Part shown: one piece after another, positions 29,898 through 43,550 of the stretch
How positions within the stretch are numbered: position 1 is the first letter of the stretch
Layout of the letters: every line of letters starts with the position of its first letter
Origin: Eledone cirrhosa
Lineage: Eukaryota
Reading direction: 5' to 3'
Length of the DNA: 64,000 bases
Assembly (NCBI GenBank): GCA_964016885.1
Contig: OZ024754.1
Location: forward strand, 3,658,001-3,722,000
The notes under the pieces: model-generated
Databases searched by the model: none
What the model saw: the letters and a program-made list of their open reading frames with translations, nothing else
What the model was told of the DNA's origin: nothing
Program-made: the position numbers and the translations under genes

Positions 29898-30057
29898 GAT
29901 AATTAAAGTCCTATATATGAGGTTCTGTTGAAAACCCATAGGCTCATCAAGATACTTTCTTATTATGACCAAATGAGGTTTATTTTCCACATTGTCCCTA
30001 TAAAGAAAAATGGGCTCTAACTATATATTGAAAAAGCATGATTGCCGACGCTCTAAC

Positions 30058-30355
30058 GATAATTGTTTCTGCTGTTGGCACAAGGCCAGCAATTATCTCA
30101 GTACATTACTGGTACTTTAATTTATCGACCTCGTAAGGATGAAAGGCGAAGTTAACCTCGTTAATCTAATGAATGTTTCTACTTTTGGCACAAGGCCAGC
30201 AATTATTCAAGTGCATTACCGGTACTTTATTTTATCGACCCCGTAAGGATGAATGGCAAATTAACCACGACGGGATTTGAACTCAGACCGTAAAGGGAAA
30301 TAACTATGCTGGAAAGCATGGCGTCCGACCCTCTACCGATACTGCCAATCCACCG
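30058..30355 (-). mobile_element. Two adjacent SINE-A copies (30058-30160 truncated; 30173-30355 full)
   Basis: Seen directly. Confidence 0.9.
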
Positions 30356-30571
30356 ACACTCGGAATGGTACAATTCGATTTCAAACATAATGGAATATTA
30401 ACATAATATGAAAAATACATAGCAAATCAAATATGAAAACCTTCACAACATCGATATGGAATGGTTCTTCTTGAAGCCTTTAGACACATACATATATACT
30501 TTAATTGAAAATTGTGCCCCAGCATGGGCATAGTCTAATCACAGAAGCTAGTAAAGAATAAAAGAATATAC

Positions 30572-30778
30572 TTATACATATTTCGGATGTACAACAGTAC
30601 AAATGTACATCCGAAATATGTATAATAAAATGTAATTGATCAAAAGAACATCTATTTTACTTATATTTTAATATTAATAACTCCTGAAAATAATTTTCCC
30701 CGTTAAGTGCTTCCAATCTACTGTAAAACTCATTCTTTGACATAATCATCGAATATTGTTTAACAACTTAATACTTAT
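30572..30778 (+). mobile_element. Fold-back mini-element: 22-bp-arm palindrome 30572-30625 carrying an HHR 3' half (ggatgtaca...tgtacatcc-GAAA-tatg-TA), with tail to (TA)n
   Basis: The palindrome is seen directly; the HHR-half assignment is inferred from the motif. Confidence 0.5.
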
Positions 30779-30779
30779 A

Positions 30780-30920
<141 letters not shown>

Positions 30921-31362
30921 AAAGAGAGAGAGGAAAATAGAAAGATATACACATATATACATATATACATACGCATAAATATACATATATGTATAATATA
31001 TATATATATATATATGTGTGTGAGCGAGTGTGAGAGAGAGAGCGTGTGTGTGTGCGTGTTTATACATGCATGTGTATGTGTGTGAGCATACAGACGGACG
31101 AAAAAAAAAAGAGAAAGAATTATGAACAAAAAAAAAAAATAGTATAAAAGACAGAGGTGTTAGGTTGAGGTACAAATGTGAAAGAGGCGTGAAAAAAACC
31201 GGAAGAGGAGGAGGATGAGGCGAAGGCGGAGGTGGAGGATGAAAATAATACCAAACACACAAACATACCGGCAGTCCAATGTACAGAAATATACACTAAT
31301 ACTCTCGCAGCGCCACACTGAAACACACACGCACACACACGCGCGCGCACACACACGCACAC

Positions 31363-31453
<91 letters not shown>

Positions 31454-31659
31454 GACACACACCTACACACACCTACACACACGTATACAGTTACACAATC
31501 TTTCACTGGCAGGCATATGCAGTGATGTTTGTAGTGGAGAGTAGAGTAATGTTTTTAGCTGGCTGGACGTTGAGGTTGTTTCAGGCTAATAGGGTGTTGA
31601 CTGGGATCTGGGTCAAACAACTGGGTGTCATTATATAACACTGATAGTCTGATGTGGGG

Positions 31660-33290
31660 AAGGGTGGATGGCGTTGGTAGAGGTAGTACATGGTGGTGGT
31701 GGCGTTGGTAGTGGTGGTAGGCGGTGGTGGTGTTGATGGTGGCGTTGGTAGTGGTGTTGGAAGGGGGTGGTGGTGTTGATGGTGGCGTTGGTAGTGGTGG
31801 TAGGGGGTAATGGTGTTGATGGTGGCGTTGGTAGTGGTGTTGGAAGGGGGTGGTGGTGTTGATGGTGGCGTTGGTAGTGGTGGCAGGGGGTGGTGGTGTT
31901 GATGGTGGCGTTGGTAGTGGTGGAAGGGGGTAATGGTGTTGATGGTGGCGTTGGTAGTGGTGGCAGGGGGTAATGGTGTTGATGGTGGCGTTGGTAGTGG
32001 TGGCAGGGGGTGGTGGTGTTGATGGTGGCGTTGGTAGTGGTGGAAGGGGGTAATGGTGTTGATGGTGGCGTTGGTAGTGGTGGCAGGGGGTAATGGTGTT
32101 GATGGTGGCGTTGGTAGTGGTGTTGGAAGGGGGTGGTGGTGTTGATGGTGGCGTTGGTAGTGGTGGCAGGGGGTGGTGGTGTTGATGGTGGCGTTGGTAG
32201 TGGTGGCAGGGGGTAATGGTGTTGATGGTGGCGTTGGTAGTGGTGTTGGAAGGGGGTGGTGGTGTTGATGGTGGCGTTGGTAGTGGTGGCAGGGGGTGGT
32301 GGTGTTGATGGTGGCGTTGGTAGTGGTGGCAGGGGGTAATGGTTTTGATGGTGGCGTTGGTAGTGGTGTTGGAAGGGGGTGGTGGTGTTGATGGTGGCGT
32401 TGGTAGTGGTGGCAGGGGGTGGTGGTGTTGATGGTGGCGTTGGTAGTGGTGGCAGGGGGTGGGGGTGTTGATGGTGGCGTTGGTAGTGGTGGCAGGGGGT
32501 AATGGTGTTGATGGTGGCGTTGGTAGTGGTGTTGGAAGGGGGTGGTGGTGTTGATTGTGGCGTTGGTAGTGGTGGCCGGGGGTGGGGGTGTTGATGGTGG
32601 CGTTGGTAGTGGTGGCAGGGGGTAATGGTGTTGATGGTGGCGTTGGTAGTGGTGGTAGGGGGTAATGGTGTTGATGGTGGCGTTGGTAGTGGTGGCAGGG
32701 GGTAATGGTGGTGATGATGGTGTTGGCGTTAGTGGCAGTGGTGGAAATGGGGGAAGTAAGTGGTGCTAGGGGTAGTGGTGTTGGTGGTAGAGGTGGTGGT
32801 AGAGGTAGTGGTGTTGGTGATAGGGGTGGTGGTGTTGGTAGTGGTGTTGATGGTAGAGGTGGTAGTGGTAGTGGTGTTGATGGTTGTGTTGGTAGTGGTG
32901 TTGGAAAGCGGTGGTGGTGATGATGGTGGTGTTGGTAGTGGTGTTGGAAGGGGGTGGTGGTGTTGGTAATGGTGTTGGAAGGGGGTAGTGGTGTTGATGG
33001 TGGTGTTGGTAGTGGTGTTGGAAGGGGGTGGTGGTGTTGATGGTGGTGTTGGTAGTGGTGTTGGAAGGGGGTGGTGGTGTTGATGGTGGTGTTGGTAGTG
33101 GTGTTGGAAGGGGTGGTGGTGTTGGTAGTGGTGTTGGAAGGGGGTAGTGGTGTTGGAAGGGTGGTGGTGGTGTTGGTAGTGGTGTTGGAAGGGTGGTGGT
33201 GGTGTTGGTAGTGGTGTTGGAAGGGAGTGGTGGTGTTGGTAGTGGTGTTGGTGGAAGGGGTAGTGTTGTTGGAAGGGGTGGTGGTGGTTG
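31660..33290. repeat. G/T-rich minisatellite, 40/43-nt units (taatggtgttgatggtggcgttggtagtggtggcaggggg), degenerating 3'
   Basis: Periodicity seen directly. Confidence 0.95.
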
Positions 33291-33432
33291 TGCAATTACT
33301 CCGTTCCACATCGGCACTTAAATATGTTGTGGGCTGTTAAGCTGTCTGCGAACGTAATATATGTTGCCTGTGTGTGTATGTGTGTGCGTGTCGGTGTGTG
33401 TGTGTGTGTGTGTCGGTGTGCGTGCCTGTGTG

Positions 33433-33467
<35 letters not shown>

Positions 33468-33592
33468 CGGTGTGCGTGCCTGTGTGCGTGTCTCTGTGTC
33501 TCTGTCGGTGTGCGTGTTGGCTGTGTGTGCGAGCGAGTTGTGTGTGTGTGTATGTATTGATATGTAATCAAGTTGAAAATTCCTTGCGTTAA

Positions 33593-33626
<34 letters not shown>

Positions 33627-33756
33627 ATGTGTGTGTTTGAAGCATTTGTCAATACAAAAGAAGAGACTATTAATGTCGACGCTGCGTCTAGTTGTTCTTT
33701 ATGTTCACAGGGCTATCAAACTTACACACACACACACACATACACACACACACACT

Positions 33757-33800
<44 letters not shown>

Positions 33801-33856
33801 CATATTTCTGTAAATATATATATATATAAATGTAATCTGAGCAATTCGAATATTAA

Positions 33857-34045
33857 TAATTGTTCCTACTTTCGGCACAAAGCCAGCAATTATCCCAGTG
33901 TATTACTGGTACTTTATTTTATCGACCCCGTAAGGATGAAAGACAAAGTTAACCCCGGCGGGGTTTGAACTCAGACCATAAAGGGCCGTAACTCTTTGCT
34001 GCAAAGCATGGTGTCCGACCTTCTACCGATACTGCCAATCCACCG
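33857..34045 (-). mobile_element. SINE family A
   Basis: Full-length match. Confidence 0.9.
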
Positions 34046-34589
34046 CAATAATATTCGATTCGTTTGCAATTATTTAAAACAGCCTCTTTTAAGCTATGGC
34101 AGTAGAATAACCCTGACATTCCTCATTCTTGGTCTTGTGTTAGCATCTACAGAGATATATACATACGGAAACCAAGCAAGTAACCGACCCTTTAAGGATT
34201 AATTCAAGGCCACACCTAAACAATGCCTGTCCGAGCATCACTGTTTTGTGTCATTAAAATATACAATAGGCTGAAATATATCTTGTGATCAATAGAATCA
34301 ATTAAAATATTATCATCACTGTCTTTTAATGATTGGCACTAGGAAAATATATATATACATCATAAACTTAAATATTACTGGTATTGGCATATGTACTATG
34401 AAGTTGGATCGATTTAAATATCAACAAAATATAAAATTCCATCAGCTTGAATAATCAGGAAGTGTTTTGTCCGATCAGATAAATCAAAGACAGGATGGGT
34501 TCCACTAAAGACAACCAAATGCAAGGTGTTAGTAAAGTATTAAAACTACAGCACAAGTAATAAAAGCAATGTAATTGCGTGACATTAGA

Positions 34590-34690
34590 TGTTAACTTTG
34601 CCTTTCATCCCTATGGGGTCAATAAAATAAAGTACCAGTAATGCACAGGGACAATTGCTAGCATTGTGTCAAAAGTAGAAACGATTATTA
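34590..34690 (+). mobile_element. SINE-A 3' half
   Basis: gttaactttgcctttcatccctatggggtcaataaaataaagtaccag...aaaagtagaaac. Confidence 0.85.
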
Positions 34691-34780
34691 TGTCCTGCAA
34701 GAACACCATATAACTCCGGCTCTATGACAAGAAATACTCATGTATTAGTTGAAATTCTAACGGTGTATAAAATTTATATA

Positions 34781-35635
34781 CAAGGTGTGTCAGAAATGTT
34801 CCAGGACTGATGTCACAAAAGATTTATTTCAAACCCAAACTTTACACTAAGAGTTTTCTCCTTCAAAGTAATCCCCCTGGAGTATGTAACTGTAATCTTA
34901 GCTCTCTGCAGCGATCAAACTTTTTTCTTCATAAGTTTATATACATGTCCTCTGTTTCAGGTCGTCAAGCAATGAGCACAGAGCAACGAACAAACTTGAA
35001 GTTTCTGGTACGGTTGGGGAAAACTCTGTTAGAAGCACTGGGATTGCTGCAGCAACTATATGGACGATGTCACGCTCACGTGACGTGTTTTTGAGTGGTG
35101 CAAGATGACCCCAGGAGCGGAAGGCCCTCAACAACCAGGACTGAGTTCAACGTTGAGCGCGTCAGGCAGATGGTGCGTAGCGATCGTCGGCTGACTGCTC
35201 GAATGATAGCAAATGAGCTGGGCATGAATCGGGACAGCGTCTGGAAGATTCTCACTGAAGATTTGGATAGCGGAAAGTCTGCGTGAAGATGGTGCCAAAA
35301 TTGCTGAACGATGATCAGCAGGGTCGACGCATGCAAGTGTGCCAGGACATCCTCGAGCGTCTTGAAACCGAACCAGACTTGCTAGGGACAGTCATCACCG
35401 GTGATGAGTCATGGATCTTTGAGTACGACCCGGAGGGGACCCGTTTTGAAGACGTGGACGACATCAAAAAGGCCGTGACGACGGAACTGCGGAGGATCCC
35501 GGAAGAATCCTTCCTGGAGTGCATGCAAGCGTAGCAGAAAAGGATGGAAAAGTGCATTAGACTCCAAGGGGATTACTTTGAAGGAGAAAACTCTTAGTGT
35601 AAAGTTTGGGTTTGAAATAAATATTTTGTGACATC
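34781..35635 (+). mobile_element. Internally deleted mariner transposon with long TIRs (right terminus lost)
   Basis: Starts TA|caaggtgtgtcagaaa; 75-bp IR at 34809-34883 and 35561-35635; transposase remnant inside. Confidence 0.9.
34972..35597 (+). pseudogene. Mariner transposase pseudogene (frameshifts, a stop, and deletion of most of the DD34D core)
   Basis: MSTEQRTNLKFLVRLGK, DDPRSGRPST, KMVPKLL, VITGDESWIFEYDPE joined directly to GTRFEDVDDIKKAV, and the C-terminus KCIRLQGDYFEGENS*. Confidence 0.92.
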
Positions 35636-35809
35636 GTATGTCTTATCTGGAATAATGACGTCAGTGAAATAATTGGTCTCCCTGTGAAGGAACCAAATAA
35701 CGTTGTTGACACTGATACCGAAACTTATCTTCCGAAATAATCCCTTCAATATTAACAAAATATTAATTCTAGATCTCAATTATTGTTCTCTTGTGTTAGT
35801 TTCTGTTTA

Positions 35810-36125
35810 GCTTGTTGTAGTTGTTATTGTTGGCATTGTTGTATTTGTTGTTGTTGGTGTTGTTGTACTTGTTGTTGGTGTTGTTGATGTTGTTGTTGGT
35901 GTTGTTGATGTTGTTGTTGTGTTTTTTGTTGTCGATTTTGTTGTAGTTGTTGTTGTTGGCTTTGTTGCGTTTGATATTCTTGGTCCTGTTGTAGCTGTTG
36001 TAGGTCTTATTGTGTTTGTTGTTGTCTGTCTTGTGTTTGTTCTTGTTGGTCTTGTTGTAGTTGTTATTGTTGGCGTTGTTGTATTTGATATTGTTGGATT
36101 TGTTACTCTTATGCTTGTTGTTCTA
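35810..36125. repeat. Imperfect (GTT)n tract
   Basis: Seen directly. Confidence 0.9.
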
Positions 36126-36934
36126 ATTGTGATTTAGCCTCAAGTCAACCCTGATCCAGTAGAGCTATGTATAATCAAAGACATTCCAGCTACGATAGAA
36201 CCATCTTGTTATGAGTATCTAAGATTACATTATCTTATGTGCCCTCCCCACTTCTTTTGAGACGGTGGGGTGTTATTTGCGGGTGAGTTGGTAGCAATTC
36301 TAACTGCTTCAGCGATCGCGTAGACACGCACGTAGGCTCGTCTAGGCTTAAGTTACTCTTACTGCTGAAATCCGGTTAAAAATGGTGTGTCTAGACTTTA
36401 TGTTTTGATAGGCTATAATAAAGACCTGGTTATGCAATTACAACATTTGTGGTTGCATTACATATGCATCTACATGAAACCTAGAATTGGTGATGCAGTA
36501 GAGACAGCTGTACAGTTGCCATCGTCAAAGACATATGCTGAGTATGCAACAGATATCAAAACGCATCAGATAATGATATAAAATAGAGATATAGTAAGAT
36601 ACACTTTGGCCAATATATTTACAAACTCAGAAAATGTGTTTGTTGTTGCCGAAATATAAAACTAAATTATGTCTGCGGATTGAGTTTGGGAATGAAATGA
36701 GGTCTGGAAGGAGATAGAATGGTTAAAGACAACAATCTGCCAGCTGGTAATACATGAGGTACTAATGTATTTCTAGCTACAGTTGAAAACTAGGTTACTG
36801 TTATGGTTTGGCTAAAGTACACAGATAAGAAGCAGAAATCAATTTAATGGTGAATCTCTTTGCGTACTGTGATATAATATTTTGATGGTGCACTAATTTA
36901 GAATACGACATGAGGACTTTGCCTTTGACTGCAT

Positions 36935-37440
<506 letters not shown>

Positions 37441-37491
37441 AAGTAAAATAAAATAAATAAATCAAATATTTAAAATTTGGTTTCGTTTATT

Positions 37492-37546
37492 ACTGCTATA
37501 TATATTTCGGTGACAGCCATATTTGGCTGTGACCTCTTCAGGCAGT
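37492..37546 (-). ncRNA. Minimal type I hammerhead ribozyme
   Basis: actgc-CTGAAGA-ggtcacagcca aata tggctgtcacc-GAAA-tatata-TA-gcagt, with a palindromic mini stem III. Confidence 0.85.
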
Positions 37547-37706
37547 CCGAATTAGTGTGGTAGAGACGGGTACACATGTTGTTGAGGTGTTTAACTTTGT
37601 CAATACTCTAATATGATTCCAGTTCCTCAGTGAAATAACAACCCAACCAGGAACTGGGCATATCAGAGTATTGACAAAGTCAACCCGTCTCTACCACACT
37701 AATTCG

Positions 37707-37762
37707 TACTGCCTGAAGAGGTCACATCCAATGGCTGTCACCGAAATATATATATAGCAGTA
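37707..37762 (+). ncRNA. Minimal type I hammerhead ribozyme (mirror copy)
   Basis: tactgc-CTGAAGA-ggtcacatccaatggctgtcacc-GAAA-tatatata-TA-gcagta. Confidence 0.8.
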
Positions 37763-37811
37763 ATAAACGAAGCCAAATTTTAAACATTTGACCTATTTAT
37801 TTTATTTTATA

Positions 37812-37870
<59 letters not shown>

Positions 37871-37918
37871 GAGGACGTACTGGAAAAAAAAAACATCACA
37901 ATACCTTCGAAATATATA

Positions 37919-37962
37919 TAACAAAACATATATTTTGATTATGTTAATATCTTCAGTTGTTA
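37919..37962 (-). ncRNA. Possible decayed minimal HHR
   Basis: taacaa-CTGAAGA-tattaacataatc-AAAA(for GAAA)-tatatg-TT-ttgtta. AT-rich, so it could be chance. Confidence 0.3.
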
Positions 37963-37969
37963 ATATTTT

Positions 37970-38012
<43 letters not shown>

Positions 38013-38056
38013 ACAGGGAGAAAAAGACGATTATTAGAAATAAAATATATTTTTTT

Positions 38057-38090
<34 letters not shown>

Positions 38091-38411
38091 GGGCGATGGG
38101 TGCGTGCTTCTTTGTCTGCATGAGTGTGAATGTGAATGTACTTGTAGATCAAAGGTACATGTTTAGTGTCTGGTAATATTAGTGTCTGGGAGGACGTATT
38201 ACGGAATATTCTAGAAAATGGTGTCAAGTATATTATTAAAAATGTCAGCCATTTATATAGGAAGGAATAAGCTACACACACATATATATATATATATATA
38301 TATGTAGTATGTATGTATGTACTTCTATTCCTGTCTCTTTTCTCTCTCTCTTCTCTGACTCACTCTCTCTCTCTTTCTCTCTCTCTCTACACACACATTC
38401 ACACACATATA

Positions 38412-38497
<86 letters not shown>

Positions 38498-38670
38498 TAT
38501 ATGCATATATCATCATCATCGTTTAACGTTTATCTTCCACGTTAATCGATGGTGATGATATATTTATGTATATAGATATAGATATATGTTTATCTATATA
38601 TCTATCTATCTCTATATGTATAAATATATTTGTATATGTTCATATATATATGTATATACACATATCTATA

Positions 38671-38736
<66 letters not shown>

Positions 38737-38752
38737 AATATATACATATATA

Positions 38753-39017
<265 letters not shown>

Positions 39018-39029
39018 AATATACACATA

Positions 39030-39063
<34 letters not shown>

Positions 39064-39369
39064 CGTCTGTATGTGAGAGAAGGAGAGAGAGAGAGAGTGC
39101 GTGGCAGGCCGGTGAGTTTGCCTTACAGCATCCCTATATATGATGACGCATCACAGGGTAACAACCAGGAGAAAGACTATGTCAACAAATGTAAAAAGTA
39201 AAAGAATATAAAGATTGGGGAACAACAACAACAAAAATAACTGTAGCAGCAGCAGTAGTAGAAACAGGATCAGCCACCCCTATAACAGCAGGAAGAAAAA
39301 ACAACCCCATCTCTCTCTCTATCTATCTATCTATCTATCTATCACTCTCACTCCCTCTCTCTCTCTTTC

Positions 39370-39510
<141 letters not shown>

Positions 39511-39596
39511 AGAGAGAGAGAGAGCTCTGCATGGCCACAGTCTACTGACTGAAGCCAGTAAGACAGAATACATACACACACACACACATACACACC

Positions 39597-39639
<43 letters not shown>

Positions 39640-39666
39640 CTAGATATATATATATATATATACATG

Positions 39667-39708
<42 letters not shown>

Positions 39709-39712
39709 TATA

Positions 39713-39762
<50 letters not shown>

Positions 39763-40212
39763 CACATATATATGTATACACACACACACTCACACACACA
39801 CATACACATACACACACACACACACAAACACACACATATATATATATATATATTTGAGGAATTAATAGCCTAACACGATAGTAATGGAAAATGGAAAGTC
39901 GTTAAGTATGCAAGACTATCAAATTTCTGTATGCTGGTCGTTGGCCCAGCTTGCCTACAGATGGCGTGGATGAGGTACAGACAAGGCTACTGACAAAGCA
40001 AAGGCAACTATAAAAAGTAGTAACAAGTACTATACTGTAGTGTGCTTCTACTACTGCTGGCTTTGGGGATCAAATTATATAACTTATACACTTGCACACT
40101 CACCCATAACTATTATATTATTATCTTGACGCTAAAATGCATGCATACACTTACATATGCATATATTCATGCATACCCACAGACCCACATGCATACCCAC
40201 ATACCCACACAT

Positions 40213-40262
<50 letters not shown>

Positions 40263-40286
40263 TCTTATTAATACAGGAACACACAA

Positions 40287-40324
<38 letters not shown>

Positions 40325-40465
40325 TACATACACTCACACACACATGCGAACAATCATTCACATACCAACACACGGAGGAGGAAATAGTCATGTATATATG
40401 TATATATATATATATATATGTATATATATTATAGAGAGCGAGAGAGAGAGGGGGAGAGAGAGAGG

Positions 40466-40507
<42 letters not shown>

Positions 40508-40899
40508 ATGATAAACATTAATATATATAAGTGTGTGTTTTTGTGTTTGTGTGTTTGCCTGTATGTGTAACTGTAGGTGTGAGTGTATGTGTGTGTGTGT
40601 GTGTGTGTATACATATGATTTGGCATGTATAAAATGTGATATAAATATAGCCAAGATATATTTATGACATATAAACGCTAAGAGTTGGCACTTATGTTAA
40701 ATCGGGTGTGTTACACCATTTGTAAAAGCACATATATCTAATTGTCCTTTTGCTTTTTTCTTCATTTTCCTTCTTTTTATGTTTTCAACTCAGAGTGGGC
40801 CCGGGGTTATGGCCGACTTCACTATATAGTTCTACAAATATGTACTGCAAAAGCTTAAAGTTTACAGTTTCACAGTGGGTTGTGCCTTGGCCTTATCGC

Positions 40900-41032
40900 T
40901 GCTGCTTTATGTCTGAGTTCAAAATCCCGCCGAGGTTAACTTTGCCTATCATCCTTATGGGGTCGATAAAAGAAAGTACCAGTAATGTAATGGGATATTT
41001 GCTGGCATTGTGGCAAAAGCAGAAACAATTAT
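40900..41032 (+). mobile_element. SINE family A, 5'-truncated
   Basis: B box plus core and tail. Confidence 0.85.
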
Positions 41033-41186
41033 CGTTAGAGCGTGCGCAATCATGCTTTTTCAATATATAGTTACAGCCCATTTTTCTTTATAGGGACTAT
41101 GTGGAAAATAAACCTCATTTGGTCATAATAAGAAAGTATATTGATGAGCCTATGGGTTTTCAACAGAACCTCATAGATATGACTTT

Positions 41187-41375
41187 AATTATCGTTTCTA
41201 GTTTTGGCACAAGGCCAGCAATTAATCCAGTGTATTACTGGTACTTTATTTCATCGACCCCGTAAGGATGAAAGGCAAAGTTAATCTCGGCGGGATTTAA
41301 ATTCAGACCATAAAGGGCCGTATCTCTTTGTTGCAAAGCATGGCGTTCGACCCTCTACCAATACTGCTAATCCAC
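41187..41375 (-). mobile_element. SINE family A
   Basis: Full-length match. Confidence 0.9.
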
Positions 41376-41683
41376 CACACTTTAATGTCTTTAATAATAC
41401 GTGAGCGCATGTGTGTAGGTTTTGAGTGTGCGTTTCTTTTCCAGGGTATTTAGAAGGATAGATAGATATGTCCCTCTATACCCTGGGGGTTCTTCATGAA
41501 TCAAGTAAAGATAAGGTGGACCAAAATCGTTACTTGTATACTGTGCCGCATTTAAACGATCATAATGAACGATACTAATAAAGAGAAAAGATCTACAAAC
41601 ATTCGCATATGTACAGACACACAGAAACATGGACAAACTCACGCACACACACACACACACACAATACATATATATATATATAT

Positions 41684-41891
41684 AACGAAGGAAATGTGGT
41701 AAGGAACCAGATGGACCAAAACGCACCAAAGTACTCAATACTTAGGGTAGTAGAGTGGGTAATAGGAACAAGTAGGACCCCGACGGCTGAGCTCAAGCCA
41801 TTTCGAAGGCTAATTCTGGACTTCAAATTCAGTCCAGAATTAGCCGTCGAAACGGCTTGAGCTCAGTCGTCGGGGTCCTACTCGTTCCTAT
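41684..41891 (-). mobile_element. Family H mini-element with inverted short arm (41831-41891)
   Basis: Long arm 41684-41822, loop tcaaattc, (TA)n on both sides. Confidence 0.85.
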
Positions 41892-42027
41892 ATATATATA
41901 TGTCTGAAGGAAGAATTGGTTCATTAACGACGTTTGGTAGATTTAGGTTTCATCCATTGCTCAGTAACAAATGCAACTTCCTCACTACATATTTCCTGCC
42001 GGTGTGATTATATATATATATATATAT

Positions 42028-42099
<72 letters not shown>

Positions 42100-42392
42100 A
42101 TAAATATATGTAATACATATATGACTATATGTGTGTATGTGTGGGCATGAATGCCTTACTGTGTTGTTTGTAATATGTATATATAAACACATATTCAAGA
42201 TGTACGCATGACATTGTTGATATTGTTGATATATTGTTGGTATTTTTCTTGTTCTAAGAGAGTAACAATGGTAAAGCAATATCGCGATTTAAATTTTCCC
42301 AGAAGGCATTCAATTTTACATCTAAACATTCTCTGTAAGTCTTGATATTTCAAACATGATAAGCCATACACACGCTTTCATATATATATATA

Positions 42393-42441
<49 letters not shown>

Positions 42442-42901
42442 GCATACAAACATACACTCATGCAAACACATGCACAAATACAAAAACACACACATATATA
42501 TGTATGCAAATATAGATTTAAAGATCAACATGTAGATATACATAAAATCAATGAATGATGAATAGGCGAATATTTTAAAATATATATTTCATTTGGTTTA
42601 ACAGACTTGCATTTTGAGCAGAACATACTTAGCATAAGTCAAAAGGTGCATTTGATTTCAGATGATTTACAAGTTGAGATATCATTAACTCCAAAACATA
42701 TTCATTATTGCTTCTACTATTAGCAATTCTTTTATGTTGAAGCAAATTCATTCCGTTCATCATTGCTATTTATATCTATATAATATTATATATATTTTAA
42801 ATATATATATGTATATATATATATATATATATCTATATGTATATATATATATATATATAAATATATATATATAATATTATATAGAATATAAATAGCAATA
42901 G

Positions 42902-43037
42902 GTCCAGAATTAGCCGTCGAAACGGCTTCAGCTCAGCCGTCGGGGTCCTACTCGTTCCTATTACCCTCTCTACTACCCTAAGTATTGAGTACTTTGGTGC
43001 GTTACGGTCCACTTGGTTCCTTACCACATTTCCTTCG

Positions 43038-43039
<2 letters not shown>
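42902..43039 (+). mobile_element. Family H mini-element
   Basis: gtccagaattagccgtc-GAAA-cggct tcagctc agccg-TC-ggggtcc...cgtt|atata. Confidence 0.85.
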
Positions 43040-43106
<67 letters not shown>

Positions 43107-43107
43107 C

Positions 43108-43142
<35 letters not shown>

Positions 43143-43196
43143 ATGAACGTGTTTGAGGATGAGGTCTCAACCTTGAGCTGGGATAGACGTTGTAAG

Positions 43197-43550
43197 TTAT
43201 CCAGGCCTGGTGGTTTTATCTCTTTTAAAATTGTTATTTCCCCAGTGACAGCAACATTCTGAATCGTTTTTCCTGTTGAAGAACATCGCAAGTTGGTCAA
43301 GTGTCAATAACCGTCCGTAGAGATGAAGCTATTGTGACATACCACCGGAATGTTAAGTTGGTATAAATCTTATTATTTTGCATTTGATGTTGGGGTTTTG
43401 CTCTCCTGCTACCATCGCCATCATATGAAACGGGATAATTATGCTGGCTTAATGTACCCTTGATCATATTGGCAATTTAGTAGAATTCTTCTGTCAGCCA
43501 TCATCTCTGTCAAGAGGCTCTATGGAGAGCAACATTCCGAGGCTGGGTTA
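43197..43550 (-). pseudogene. Highly decayed Penelope-like endonuclease C-terminal remnant
   Basis: Manual translation gives PLD..WLTEEFY*IA, GEQNPNIKCKIIRFIPT*HSGG and FFNRKNDSECCCHWGNNNF. These resemble PLE CPL.G.CL/IKW.I...Y/LN.R.E....C.H motifs recalled from memory. Confidence 0.45.

Larger units (their letters stand above)
37445..37810. mobile_element. Fold-back PLE-like element in (TA)n; arms about 37445-37627 and 37649-37810, with an HHR in each arm
   Basis: The inverted repeat is seen directly and is flanked by (TA)n on both sides. Confidence 0.8.

Noticed and set aside
31555-33309. 584-aa minus-strand ORF (Pro/Thr/His-rich, mucin-like)
   Set aside because: It is a product of a stop-poor minisatellite with non-triplet units; the translation cycles through frames.
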